DNA of 64,000 bases from a virus (IMGVR_UViG_3300047539_000055); one strand, 5' to 3'. Shown: positions 29,716 through 39,281, counted from the first letter of the stretch. Notes: generated from the letters alone by a model not told the origin. A program made the numbers and translations.

Positions 29716-29948
29716 CAGACAAAGAACAAGTTTTGAATGTATATCCCGATGCGAAAATGGAAAACGCGGCTCCCATGTGGATTGGGTGGGGTAGTAATTT
29801 TAGATGGTCTGTTAATATTGTTGATCAACTTCAGGGAAATAACTATCTCTCTACAATTTGCTATGGTGTAACAGAAAAAGAAGCATGGAAAAATGCTTGG
29901 AATGAAATTCAACAAATGATGCTCAGAAAGTTTGAAGATGAATTATAA
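29712..29948 (+). CDS. YPDA/KLES-family protein (array B)
   Basis: MTDKEQVLNVYPDA...MLRKFEDEL. Confidence 0.85.
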   Translation: MTDKEQVLNVYPDAKMENAAPMWIGWGSNFRWSVNIVDQLQGNNYLSTICYGVTEKEAWKNAWNEIQQMMLRKFEDEL

Positions 29949-30138
29949 AGAACAGGTGTTGGCAATCTATCCACATGCGAAAGCAGAATTCAGAATTTGT
30001 GTTTGGTTTTTGCTGGTAAGAAATGACAGAGATGAATGTGTATATGATCTTTGTGTTTGTGGTGATTCTGAAGAAAATGTTTGGAAAGGCGGTTGGGAAG
30101 TCATTGAACAAAGATTGTTGGCAAGGTTTGAATCATGA
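29938..30138 (+). CDS. YPDA/KLES-family protein (array B)
   Basis: MNYKEQVLAIYPHA...LARFES. Confidence 0.85.
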   Translation: MNYKEQVLAIYPHAKAEFRICVWFLLVRNDRDECVYDLCVCGDSEENVWKGGWEVIEQRLLARFES

Positions 30139-30365
30139 AATCATACAAAAACAAAGTTTTATCTGTGTATGGCCGAGCCGAAACTTGGGAAGATAATGAA
30201 TGTAGTTCGGTCACGCATTATCCTTGGCGAGTTCATTATTTGCAGACACCTGATGAGCGTTATACGATTCTTGGTTTTGGTTATACCGAAGCTGATGCGT
30301 GGAAATATGCGTGGAAAGTAATTGAAAAAGAAATGCTGTGGGAATTTGAAAATGATAGACTATAA
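30135..30365 (+). CDS. YPDA/KLES-family protein (array B)
   Basis: KNKVLSVYGRA...AWKYAWKVIEKEMLWEFE. Confidence 0.8.
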   Translation: MKSYKNKVLSVYGRAETWEDNECSSVTHYPWRVHYLQTPDERYTILGFGYTEADAWKYAWKVIEKEMLWEFENDRL

Positions 30366-30558
30366 AAAAAGAGTTCGGAAAATTTATCCAGAGGCAAATT
30401 CTGATCACCCTTTTTTCATTATTGGATATGGTGGATTTTATATATGGGAATCTCTGAAATATTTGAAATGTTTATCTTATGATACTTCTGAAATTCTTGC
30501 TTGGAAAAAAGCGTGGGAAAGAATAGAACAAATAACTTTGGAGAAATTTGAAGAATGA
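30352..30558 (+). CDS. YPDA/KLES-family protein (array B)
   Basis: MIDYKKRVRKIYPEA...LEKFEE. Confidence 0.8.
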   Translation: MIDYKKRVRKIYPEANSDHPFFIIGYGGFYIWESLKYLKCLSYDTSEILAWKKAWERIEQITLEKFEE

Positions 30559-30797
30559 CAGACAAAGAATTTGTAATATCAATTTATCCCGGTGCAAGAT
30601 ATACTTCTTGGTTTAATCTTCATGTAAAAGAATCAGGAATTGAAGTCATAGAAGATAATCAAATTTTATTTACTTTGGGCTGGGTGTTTAGGCTAAACAC
30701 CCAGCCGGGCTGGGTGTTTAGTCACGATGAGGGAAAGGCATGGAAAAATGCCAGAAAAATATTGGAAAAAGATATGCTGAGAAAGTTGGAATCATAA
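30555..30797 (+). CDS. YPDA/KLES-family protein (array B) with internal inverted triplication
   Basis: MTDKEFVISIYPGA...MLRKLES. Confidence 0.85.
   Translation: MTDKEFVISIYPGARYTSWFNLHVKESGIEVIEDNQILFTLGWVFRLNTQPGWVFSHDEGKAWKNARKILEKDMLRKLES
30677..30721. repeat. Direct-inverted-direct 14-15 bp triplication
   Basis: GGGCTGGGTGTTTAG-G-CTAAACACCCAGCC-GGGCTGGGTGTTTAG. Confidence 0.9.
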
Positions 30798-31018
30798 TGA
30801 CAGACAAAGAATTTGTGTTATCCATTTATGAAGATGCCAAGTATATTACTTGGCAATCAAATCGTCACAGTGGATCATCCAATGATTCCAGCATTGAACT
30901 AACTGACAATGGAAAATACCGTAGTATTGGATGGAACGCTGACGATATTGAAGAAAAAACTTGGTGGTATTGTAGAATAGATATTGAAAGAGAAATGTTG
31001 AGAAAATTGGAGTCATAA
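30797..31018 (+). CDS. YPDA/KLES-family protein (array B)
   Basis: MTDKEFVLSIYEDA...MLRKLES. Confidence 0.85.
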   Translation: MTDKEFVLSIYEDAKYITWQSNRHSGSSNDSSIELTDNGKYRSIGWNADDIEEKTWWYCRIDIEREMLRKLES

Positions 31019-31377
31019 TGAGCGAAGATGAAAAACTCGTAAGAACATATTGGCGAACTGTTGAGCCACATATCAAGGATAATGACAGTTACGCTCCTGA
31101 TTTATTCTGTCTTGATTTAAGCGGTGGTTTCCATGCTGCTCATAATGATCGGGAAAAAGAAAATGTATGGAAACAAGCCGCCATTTATACTTTGGAACGA
31201 CTCAAACTTCTGGAAGAACTTGACGAACAATTGAAATGGTTGAAAAATCTTGAAATGTATACAGAATACGAAGAAAAAGTAAGGGATCAGATAGTTCATA
31301 CAATAGAAGATAAAAAAAACCACAAATTGACTGGTATGACGATTGATCCAGCAACAAACCCAAATATTCCAAGGTAA
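31018..31377 (+). CDS. Possible divergent, C-terminally extended family member
   Basis: DEKLVRTYW...ENVWKQAA. Confidence 0.6.
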   Translation: MSEDEKLVRTYWRTVEPHIKDNDSYAPDLFCLDLSGGFHAAHNDREKENVWKQAAIYTLERLKLLEELDEQLKWLKNLEMYTEYEEKVRDQIVHTIEDKKNHKLTGMTIDPATNPNIPR

Positions 31378-31400
31378 TTATAAAGTAGATAAATAAGGGT

Positions 31401-34400
31401 ATGAGCCAGCCACAATGGATTACACCCGCAGGATTTTTATCTACCGCTAATAAGGGAGCGGCGTTTCAAGTTTCTCTTTCTTGCACCACTGGAAATGCAT
31501 TTACATCATTTTCGGTGATTGCTGGTGTTTTGCCATTGGGTCTTACCATTACTGGACCTGGAAATGAAGAACAACTTCAATTTCCTTCAGTTTGGGGTCA
31601 TATTGACACAAATTGTGCCACTGGAACTTTCGTTTTCACTATTAGAGCCAAAAATAACAATGGTCTATCAGATCGTGCTTTTTCCATCAACGTTTTAGAT
31701 ATTCAGCCGTCTTACAATTTCCCAAATTCTAATTTAGGCATATTTCCAGATGGAATGTGGACTTATCTATCTGTTGCACCCCTAACTGCAACTCCATCTT
31801 GGCCTACAAATATTCAAATCATTGCGGGAAGTCTACCAGATCAATTACTCTTGGATTCTAAAACTGGTGAGATTACTGGTTATATCAATCCAACTGTTCT
31901 TTATGAGTCCAGACTAAATCAACCAAATGCGGAAAGTGGCGCACCAGACCTTGCGCTGAGTGCCAATTCAAAAATATTTTCATTCGCTATTCGCTACGAT
32001 GCTTACAATACAGCCGATTATTATTTCATCGTGGAACGCCAAGATTTGTATAATACTGGCAATTGTAATGTAGCCCTCCCCGTTTATCACGATCCAATCT
32101 TTTTGGGTGCTGAGTTTGGCGATAATTCCTGCTCTGGTGGATTGGCAAATGTCAATTTGGGTGTTGTAGATGGTGACAATGTATACTATCAATTTGTAGC
32201 CGAAGATTTGGAAGGAAATACACTCGGATTTAGCCTTATCAATGGTGATTCAATTCCTGGCAACGTTACCATCAATCCAACAACCGGCTGGTTGTCTGGA
32301 TATATCAATCGTGATCTGACAGTTCCTCCTCCATACGAATTTCAAGTCATTGCTTATAAAAGTGCCAGTGTTTTTGCCAATATGAGTTTACAAGCCGTGG
32401 CATTTTGTAATCTTACAATTCAAAATCCAGCAGACAATAATATTGTGTGGACTAGTCCAGATAATCTGGGCAATCTATATCCTGGAATCCCAAGTTCACT
32501 GAGTGTTGAAGCGGAAATTATAGAACCATTTGTAACTTCCTCAGTAATTGGAGCCACAGCCAATTGCTCCATGAAACTTGTTGGAGTAACTATTATCAAT
32601 GGTGGAAATGCTTTTGCTAACGGTTCTATCTTCACGGTGCCGGGGGGAATCTGCACAAACAGTGCCAATATCATAGTAACAGGTAACACTGCAACAGGAA
32701 CTATCAATAGTGTAATGATTGATACTTCAATAGTTCAGCAGTATACTGAATTGCCAGCGGGATTTACTATGGTTTGGATCAATGAAACTGGAAATGTAAA
32801 CGCCCTCAATGCCATCTTTGAATTGAATTTTGGTGTGGATGCTGTTAATATTATTACCAAGGGTGGATTCTACGATACGGCCACTGTTGGCTTTGGATCG
32901 GCAGGAGAGTCAAATTCTGCCATTGCATCTGCTCAGATTTATAATGGTGGAATCAGTGATATCGTTGTTGATGAAACTGGTGATGATTATCAAGCAATTC
33001 CTACCGTAACTATTCTGGCAAAATCATTGATCACGCCAACAAATCCAATTCAATACAGTCTTACATCAGGATCAATTCCGGCTGGTTGTAATTTCCTTTC
33101 TAATGGATTGATTGTTGGTTTGCCAACTTCACAATATTTTACCTTGGATCATTCAACCATATTTGACAAGAATCAAACAGTGTTTGATACGGAATATGAT
33201 TTTACCATCACTGCATCTATCGGTCAAAATCGCAGTCTTGATTTTGTAGAAACAGATTTGATCGGAAATAATATTGTGGTTGAAGATTTTCAAACGCTAA
33301 CTCAGGTGAGCAAAGATTTCTCTTTGAATGTGCAAACCACTCTGAATAACAATATCACCGCCGCCCCAAAGACAAATCTCAGTTTGGAATTCTTGCTTGG
33401 TGATACAGATATGCAAACATTGTTTGGGCCAATTCTAAACGAATCGTTGGTTCCAAACGGTTCTATATTCAGACAAGCTGATTTCTATTTTGGAATTGCT
33501 TCGCATGTTCGTATGCTGTTGGCTTATGGAATTTCACCAGAATTACCAGTCACAATTCAAGATGCCATTGAAAGATATTTTCAAAACAAAACGGTGGTAT
33601 TCAATAATTTGAAATGGGCGCAAAGCACTTCTGAAGGATACGAAGTTATCTACATTGAACCTGTTGATGGTTTCATGAACGCTAACTATCAGTCTTTTTC
33701 TGGAGATATTTTGTATAATACTCCAACCGGAGAAATGCAAGCATTTCCAGCAACCATTCCAAATATGATCAATCAGTTGAATACTCATTTGAATGGCTTT
33801 GATTACAATTTCTTGCCATCTTGGATGCGAGACATTCAACCAAATAGTCAAATCCTTGGATTTGTTCCTGCTGTTCCATTGCTGTATGTAAAACCAGGAA
33901 CAGGCAAAAAGATTATGTTCTACCTCCAGCAATATTACAACAATGTTGGGCCAAATCTGACAACCATTGATGCCACTACTGATAGATTGATTTGGAATGC
34001 TGGTTATTCTCAGAATTGGGATCCGGTTCCATTGACAACTTTGCTTGCTCAGAATATTACGGCTCAATTTTCTGGTGTTTCAAATGTTGGCAATAGTGCC
34101 GTCTATTCTATTGACAGTGGAACTGGTTTCGTCAACACTGTTCCAATTGGAACTACGATGATTTTTGATGGTATGACAAATCCAGGAAATAATGGAAAGT
34201 TTACTATCACGAGTGCTAATATTGGAAACATAACTGTTACAAATCCATTGGTCATTGCAGAGGCGGGTGGAGCAGGATATGGATATAGTTTGAATTTGAC
34301 GGCAAATAGTAGCTTTGTTATCAATCCTGCTATTCCAGTAACTTATACACCAAATCTTACTCCGAGAACATTTGCTTATTCTGGTAATGTTACTATTAAT

Positions 34401-34868
34401 TTACCAGGAACGATGACAGATATTGCAAATGTAGCGTCAATCATAAATGGGTTGGAAATTGATGGCATTCAATCGGAAGTTGGCCCAAACAATGCTATTT
34501 TGATTCAGAATACCTATGGATGCCCTTTCATATTGTTTGATGGTGCGAATACGCCATTGGCAAATCTTGGTTTGTTACCGAGTGGCAATGTATATGCCAA
34601 TGTCAATGTGGCTGTCGTTGCTGGATGGTGGTCTTCTGAATTAACAGCCTTTGACCAAATTAATATTCCAATAGATTTAGATTCGGAGCAAGCATTAGAT
34701 TTAACCACCGAAAATTGTATCATTATCATTTCAGAAGGCTCTACATTTTTCTCGGATATTTCATCATTTTTTGATACTGGCGATGTATTTTTGAATGATG
34801 ACGATGGGGCAGTATATATCAAATTTAGGCATTCATCGTTTATAAATCAACCTATTGTCGGAGTTTAA
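31401..34868 (+). CDS. Large virion structural protein (baseplate wedge-like, Ig-like repeats)
   Basis: PQWITPAG start, repeated G.LP.GL.L...G.I.G Ig-like units, LPSWMR motif; TAAATA 5 nt upstream. Confidence 0.65.
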   Translation: MSQPQWITPAGFLSTANKGAAFQVSLSCTTGNAFTSFSVIAGVLPLGLTITGPGNEEQLQFPSVWGHIDTNCATGTFVFTIRAKNNNGLSDRAFSINVLDIQPSYNFPNSNLGIFPDGMWTYLSVAPLTATPSWPTNIQIIAGSLPDQLLLDSKTGEITGYINPTVLYESRLNQPNAESGAPDLALSANSKIFSFAIRYDAYNTADYYFIVERQDLYNTGNCNVALPVYHDPIFLGAEFGDNSCSGGLANVNLGVVDGDNVYYQFVAEDLEGNTLGFSLINGDSIPGNVTINPTTGWLSGYINRDLTVPPPYEFQVIAYKSASVFANMSLQAVAFCNLTIQNPADNNIVWTSPDNLGNLYPGIPSSLSVEAEIIEPFVTSSVIGATANCSMKLVGVTIINGGNAFANGSIFTVPGGICTNSANIIVTGNTATGTINSVMIDTSIVQQYTELPAGFTMVWINETGNVNALNAIFELNFGVDAVNIITKGGFYDTATVGFGSAGESNSAIASAQIYNGGISDIVVDETGDDYQAIPTVTILAKSLITPTNPIQYSLTSGSIPAGCNFLSNGLIVGLPTSQYFTLDHSTIFDKNQTVFDTEYDFTITASIGQNRSLDFVETDLIGNNIVVEDFQTLTQVSKDFSLNVQTTLNNNITAAPKTNLSLEFLLGDTDMQTLFGPILNESLVPNGSIFRQADFYFGIASHVRMLLAYGISPELPVTIQDAIERYFQNKTVVFNNLKWAQSTSEGYEVIYIEPVDGFMNANYQSFSGDILYNTPTGEMQAFPATIPNMINQLNTHLNGFDYNFLPSWMRDIQPNSQILGFVPAVPLLYVKPGTGKKIMFYLQQYYNNVGPNLTTIDATTDRLIWNAGYSQNWDPVPLTTLLAQNITAQFSGVSNVGNSAVYSIDSGTGFVNTVPIGTTMIFDGMTNPGNNGKFTITSANIGNITVTNPLVIAEAGGAGYGYSLNLTANSSFVINPAIPVTYTPNLTPRTFAYSGNVTINLPGTMTDIANVASIINGLEIDGIQSEVGPNNAILIQNTYGCPFILFDGANTPLANLGLLPSGNVYANVNVAVVAGWWSSELTAFDQINIPIDLDSEQALDLTTENCIIIISEGSTFFSDISSFFDTGDVFLNDDDGAVYIKFRHSSFINQPIVGV

Positions 34869-34894
34869 GACTAAATAATACAGAGGTAATTCAA

Positions 34895-35650
34895 ATGAGT
34901 TCACAAGTAAATCCAAGTGCCATTAACGCACAATTTCCTGTTCCTGGTGTAAATCAACCGTCTCAAGGTTTTCGTTCAAATTTTCTTGCCATACAAAATG
35001 CATTTTCACAGTATGTCATAGAAATGAACGATGTAATTAACAAGGTAATTGTGTCTGCACCATTATTGTATGGAGCGAATGTTGCCACCAATAATTTTGG
35101 AGGTATGCAAAATGCCAACCTTTCATTGCTTGATTTTGCCTATTCTTCAGCTAACATTACCGCATCGACAGCTAACTCGGTTCCCACATTGAGTTTCACA
35201 AGTTCTGCCGTTGCGAATATTAACATCACTGCTGGATCGCCAACTACTCAAACAATCAATGTGGCAAATTTCCCTGCTCTTGGTTACTCAGAACTTACAT
35301 TACAAGTTGAAGCAACAAATGTTCCACAGTATCTCAATTTTGCAAATGTTGTTCCCGGCGGAACAATTTCAACTTATGGGAATGTTGGAATTTCTGGTTA
35401 TAACAGTTCAACAGCTAATTTTGCGATCACTACAACTATACCATATTTGATTACTTTGGGTAGTTCTGATGGACTAAATTGGTTTATCAATTCTCCAACA
35501 TCTGCTGTTGCAAAAGCCAAAACTCCTACAGGAATCGGACTTCCGGGGGACGTTCTTGGAAGTATTGCAATTGATTCTGGTTTTATCTATGCTTGTATAG
35601 GAAATTATGACGGTGCAACAACCATTTGGAAGAAAGTAGCTATTGCTTAA
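34895..35650 (+). CDS. Virion structural protein (tail/baseplate-associated)
   Basis: FPVPGVNQPSQGFRSNF start, fibre-like C-terminus; TAAATA and GAGG upstream. Confidence 0.55.
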   Translation: MSSQVNPSAINAQFPVPGVNQPSQGFRSNFLAIQNAFSQYVIEMNDVINKVIVSAPLLYGANVATNNFGGMQNANLSLLDFAYSSANITASTANSVPTLSFTSSAVANINITAGSPTTQTINVANFPALGYSELTLQVEATNVPQYLNFANVVPGGTISTYGNVGISGYNSSTANFAITTTIPYLITLGSSDGLNWFINSPTSAVAKAKTPTGIGLPGDVLGSIAIDSGFIYACIGNYDGATTIWKKVAIA

Positions 35651-35689
35651 CCATATCCTTTCATGGTAAAATAAAAGAAAGGAGATTTT

Positions 35690-36139
35690 ATGTTATATTG
35701 CGTTTCGTTAGCCGAAGGAGCCAAACTTCCAACCGTTTCACATCCGGGCGAAGATTTGGGTTATGATATATATGCTTTAGACGCCGCCGTTTTATATCCC
35801 GGCGTGGTAACAAAAGTAAGGACTGGAATCAGTGCGAGATTTGTAGATGATTCCAATAATGTTTTTGTAACTGTGTATGGTTTACTATTCCGTGATAGAA
35901 GCAGTATGGCATCCCTTGGAATCACAGTTAGTGGTGGGGTAATTGATGCTGGTTACACTGGTGAGTTGATTGTTCTACTCACAAATCATAATACTCGTTC
36001 ATATACGGTTGAAGCTGGAGCAAAGATAGTTCAAATGATACCAACTGTTGTTCAGACAGTGCATGGAGTTGCAGATTGGGTTTCTGAACTACCAGCATCC
36101 AGCAGAGCAGCAAAAGGATTTGGGAGTAGTGGTAAATAA
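35690..36139 (+). CDS. dut: dUTPase
   Basis: GYDIYA, RSS, GVIDAGYTGE, KIVQ, RAAKGFGSSG motifs. Confidence 0.93.
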   Translation: MLYCVSLAEGAKLPTVSHPGEDLGYDIYALDAAVLYPGVVTKVRTGISARFVDDSNNVFVTVYGLLFRDRSSMASLGITVSGGVIDAGYTGELIVLLTNHNTRSYTVEAGAKIVQMIPTVVQTVHGVADWVSELPASSRAAKGFGSSGK

Positions 36140-36154
36140 ATTGAGGTAAATAGT

Positions 36155-36379
36155 ATGGCAGTGGAAGAGAGATTAGTAGATATAACTGATGAGAAATTAG
36201 ATGAAAAGATTCAGAAATTAACTCAGATTGTGTTTTCAAATAATGTAAATTTAGCAAGACAAGCACAACCACATTTGATGGATTTTTATGCAGAACAAAG
36301 TCGTAGAAATGCTGAAAAGTTTGAAGACCATCTTAAAAAGAATGGTGTAAAGATGGACGATATTATTAATATTGGGTGA
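36155..36379 (+). CDS. Hypothetical protein
   Basis: ORF with GAGG RBS. Confidence 0.6.
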   Translation: MAVEERLVDITDEKLDEKIQKLTQIVFSNNVNLARQAQPHLMDFYAEQSRRNAEKFEDHLKKNGVKMDDIINIG

Positions 36380-36383
36380 CATA

Positions 36384-36992
36384 ATGAATGTTAAACTTTC
36401 GCATGATGTGAGTTTTTCAGCCGTTGTAATTGAAGGGACAAAAGTGTTTCCAAATTTTTATAATGTGAAAATTAATATGGAAACGCTAACGGAAGACAAC
36501 GTACATCAAAATATAGCAATTCAACGCATTGTAGTTTTTTTAACTGAAATTATTAACGGTAGTGTATTTTGTTGTGAAAAGAATCCAGCCGCAATAAAAT
36601 TTGCTCGTATTGCCAAAGGCAGTCGTGTAATCATGTTTCCAGAAGAACCATTTGATCAAATTCTTGGAATGATTCTCTTTCAAAAATTGAACGCAATTAT
36701 TGAAGATAAAATGGAAATTGAAAGCGTCACTATTAGTAGCGAACTTGCTCAACATTTGACATTTACAGTTGATGATTTTGAAGAGTTCAAATATACTCCA
36801 ATCAAAGATGAATTACCATGGTGGAATCGCCGCGAATTGATCGTGTCTAACGATCCAAAAAAAATAAAATCTTCGGATTCTTGGGATGATTATGGTTTAG
36901 ACTGGAATAGTGTTGACATTGTGCTGGATTTAGAGCATAATAAAAGACAGCCAGTAGTAATTATTCTGGATGGTGGCGGGGCGCATGTTTAG
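36384..36992 (+). CDS. Hypothetical phage protein
   Basis: ORF track; start uncertain (36372 or 36384). Confidence 0.65.
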   Translation: MNVKLSHDVSFSAVVIEGTKVFPNFYNVKINMETLTEDNVHQNIAIQRIVVFLTEIINGSVFCCEKNPAAIKFARIAKGSRVIMFPEEPFDQILGMILFQKLNAIIEDKMEIESVTISSELAQHLTFTVDDFEEFKYTPIKDELPWWNRRELIVSNDPKKIKSSDSWDDYGLDWNSVDIVLDLEHNKRQPVVIILDGGGAHV

Positions 36993-37004
36993 AAAGGGAA
37001 TAAA

Positions 37005-37526
37005 TTGATAGTTGATGAATACGGAACAGTAGGATACGCACAGCAAGAAATAGTTGACCATCTCCGTATAAATCCAAATTTTGATATTGAGAACTTGTTT
37101 TTTACAGACGGCGAACAGTATGAAGCTTCGCGTCTAAAAACAAATTTGGATGTTCCACAAATTAGCTTGTGGAATGATCGGAAGTATGATATAGTATTAG
37201 ATGAGTATCATAAGGTGTTGCAACAATCTTGGTTGATGCCTGACAACTATGCTCAATTAAATATTGAAGAATGGTTACTGGAGCAATGTAAGACACCCGA
37301 AGAATTGAAACGAGTCAATTTAGAATTAGAATTATACCGAAAATATGATTTGTTGAATTTACTGCGATATTTGAAGTATCTTAGGAATATAGCCGATTTA
37401 AATGAGATTGTGTGGGGTGTGGGTAGAGGTTCAAGTTGTGCGAGTTATTGTCTGTTTTTGTTGAGAGTTCATAGAGTTGACAGTTTGAAATACGGGCTGG
37501 ATATCAAAGAGTTTTTAAGAGATTAG
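37005..37526 (+). CDS. Short DNA polymerase III alpha (DnaE)-like fragment protein
   Basis: RVNLELELY...VWGVGRGSSCASYCLFLLRVHRVDSLKYGL..EFL matches the DnaE GRGS region. Confidence 0.75.
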   Translation: MIVDEYGTVGYAQQEIVDHLRINPNFDIENLFFTDGEQYEASRLKTNLDVPQISLWNDRKYDIVLDEYHKVLQQSWLMPDNYAQLNIEEWLLEQCKTPEELKRVNLELELYRKYDLLNLLRYLKYLRNIADLNEIVWGVGRGSSCASYCLFLLRVHRVDSLKYGLDIKEFLRD

Positions 37527-37533
37527 GAGAAAT

Positions 37534-37722
37534 ATGTCAGAACAAGCATTACGAGTTATGATAGAATTTCAAGGAATTAGTTATGTAGTAGGGACGCTTT
37601 CTTTTTCTAAGGATATTACAATAAGCGATCAAAAAAATAACTTACTAATAGAATGGTATGACACACATCCAGAAATGCATAAAGAAAATTCAAAAGTTAG
37701 CACAGTTCTAACACAGGAGTAG
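37534..37722 (+). CDS. Hypothetical protein
   Basis: AGGAG RBS. Confidence 0.55.
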   Translation: MSEQALRVMIEFQGISYVVGTLSFSKDITISDQKNNLLIEWYDTHPEMHKENSKVSTVLTQE

Positions 37723-37723
37723 T

Positions 37724-38080
37724 ATGGCAAAGAAAGTAGTAGTCACATCAAGAGGACTTAAATTGGATATGGACGCATTGAAACGTTCACAGCCAAATGT
37801 AAAGACGCTCATTACCGGTAGAAAGTCTGCACCAAAAGCCGCCGTAGTGAAATCAACAATCAATCCTGTATACAAACCAAGACTTCACGCAACAATTCCA
37901 TCTCCATTACCAAAGCCTGTTCATGAAAAGGTTGAGGTTGTCAAGGTTGCTGCTTCTAAAGTAGTATCCAAGGTTAGTGAATTAGCATCCAAAGTTAGTG
38001 AATTAGCTAAGAGAGAAACATCCATTGGTTCTAGGGTATCCGCTGTAGAAAATGGAAAGGTTATCGGAGAGCAAGGATAA
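37724..38080 (+). CDS. Basic hypothetical protein with SKVSELA repeat
   Basis: AGGAG RBS; 21-bp tandem repeat at ~37968-38010. Confidence 0.6.
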   Translation: MAKKVVVTSRGLKLDMDALKRSQPNVKTLITGRKSAPKAAVVKSTINPVYKPRLHATIPSPLPKPVHEKVEVVKVAASKVVSKVSELASKVSELAKRETSIGSRVSAVENGKVIGEQG

Positions 38081-38081
38081 T

Positions 38082-38276
38082 ATGGAAGAATTAAAACCGT
38101 GTCCATTTTGCGGCGGTGAAGCAAGAGCATATCTTGGTTCTTATGCTGTTGGTTGGGTGCAATGCCTTGAATGTCGAGTAATAACACAGACATACAATAC
38201 CAAGGGCGAAGCAATTGAGATGTGGAATACAAGAGTGAAATCAAAGGAACAATATGAAATCAAAGAAATTTTCTAA
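38082..38276 (+). CDS. Lar-family restriction-alleviation-like zinc-finger protein
   Basis: ELKPCPFCGGEA...C..C...EAIEMWNTR. Confidence 0.75.
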   Translation: MEELKPCPFCGGEARAYLGSYAVGWVQCLECRVITQTYNTKGEAIEMWNTRVKSKEQYEIKEIF

Positions 38277-38447
38277 TAGTAAATTATTTGAATGCCTGAT
38301 GCAATGCTCGGCTAAACAATTATCTGAACATCCAGAAAGAGAAAAAATTATTAGGCGTGATGCTAAAATTCTTGCGCAGAGTTTTGAACGAGATACTGTT
38401 AAGAATTTTGTTAAAAGTCAAAGGAATAAATAATTTGGAGATTTATA

Positions 38448-38819
38448 ATGTCAGAACAAGCACCAGTTAGCGCAACGATAACGGCATCAACGATCACACC
38501 AATACATAAAGACATTTTGGTATACGATATGTTTTTTGGTGAGCAAGTAACAAAAGCTGGCTTGATTCTTCTCGGTGATGATAAGACAGATAGAGGCATT
38601 CATCCACGATGGGCGAGAGTTTATGCTGTTGGTCCAGAAGATCAGAGCGGCCTAAAAGCAGAAGAATGGGTTTTGATTGAACACGGAAGATGGTCAAGAG
38701 AAATGGAAGTTACTGACGGAACCAAAACTTTTATTATTCGTAAGGTTGATCCAAAATGCGTACTACTGAAATATGATGGTGAATTAGACCCAGAAAAGGC
38801 TTGCCTATTGGGGAAATAG
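38448..38819 (+). CDS. groES: Co-chaperonin GroES-like
   Basis: PIHKDILV...TKAGLIL...ARVYAVGP; late TAAATA upstream. Confidence 0.75.
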   Translation: MSEQAPVSATITASTITPIHKDILVYDMFFGEQVTKAGLILLGDDKTDRGIHPRWARVYAVGPEDQSGLKAEEWVLIEHGRWSREMEVTDGTKTFIIRKVDPKCVLLKYDGELDPEKACLLGK

Positions 38820-39011
38820 CGAGTATGCTTGTAGTATGAACAAATATATAACTACCTCAAATATATCACTAGAAACTGGACTTTCAAAAATTCCAGACGC
38901 TCCTCCGCGCCCATTGGGTATGTCGAGTGGAGAACGTTATCAAACCCTTAAATATTATTTACACAGTTGGAAAAGAGAAGAGGGAGAGTATATTTTTGTA
39001 TGGGAATTGAA

Positions 39012-39281
39012 ATGATCTTTACCGAAGAAGAAGTAAAATCCTTAAACGATTATCAGAAAGCAGGAGTCTTTCATCCCTTTACTTGTGGCGGAAATCGCTG
39101 CGACGAAAAACATTTGGATGGTGAAGGACTTCTTGTTGCTACAACCGAAGGATGGATTTGTCCATTCTGTGATTATAAGCAAGATTGGGCGCATCCATGG
39201 ATGAAAAATAGAGCGTGGGAAGAGTCTGCACTTGCTAATAAATTTTCTTTCAATAAATGGGTTGAGGATCATGGAAGATGA
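39012..39281 (+). CDS. Hypothetical zinc-binding protein
   Basis: HPFTC...WICPFCDY; start moved to ATGA overlap. Confidence 0.55.
   Translation: MIFTEEEVKSLNDYQKAGVFHPFTCGGNRCDEKHLDGEGLLVATTEGWICPFCDYKQDWAHPWMKNRAWEESALANKFSFNKWVEDHGR

Noticed and set aside
25587-30797. ORF-track N-terminal extensions ending in KVGIM (25587, 26420, 27980, 28568, 30740)
   Set aside because: They are alternative-frame reads of the previous gene's tail; true starts are at the ATGA/TAATG overlaps.
25166-31018. CRISPR array interpretation of the periodic repeat
   Set aside because: Repeats are degenerate and protein-coding, intervals are ~150-200 bp open frames, and there is no cas operon; the exonuclease at 61061 is a typical phage enzyme.
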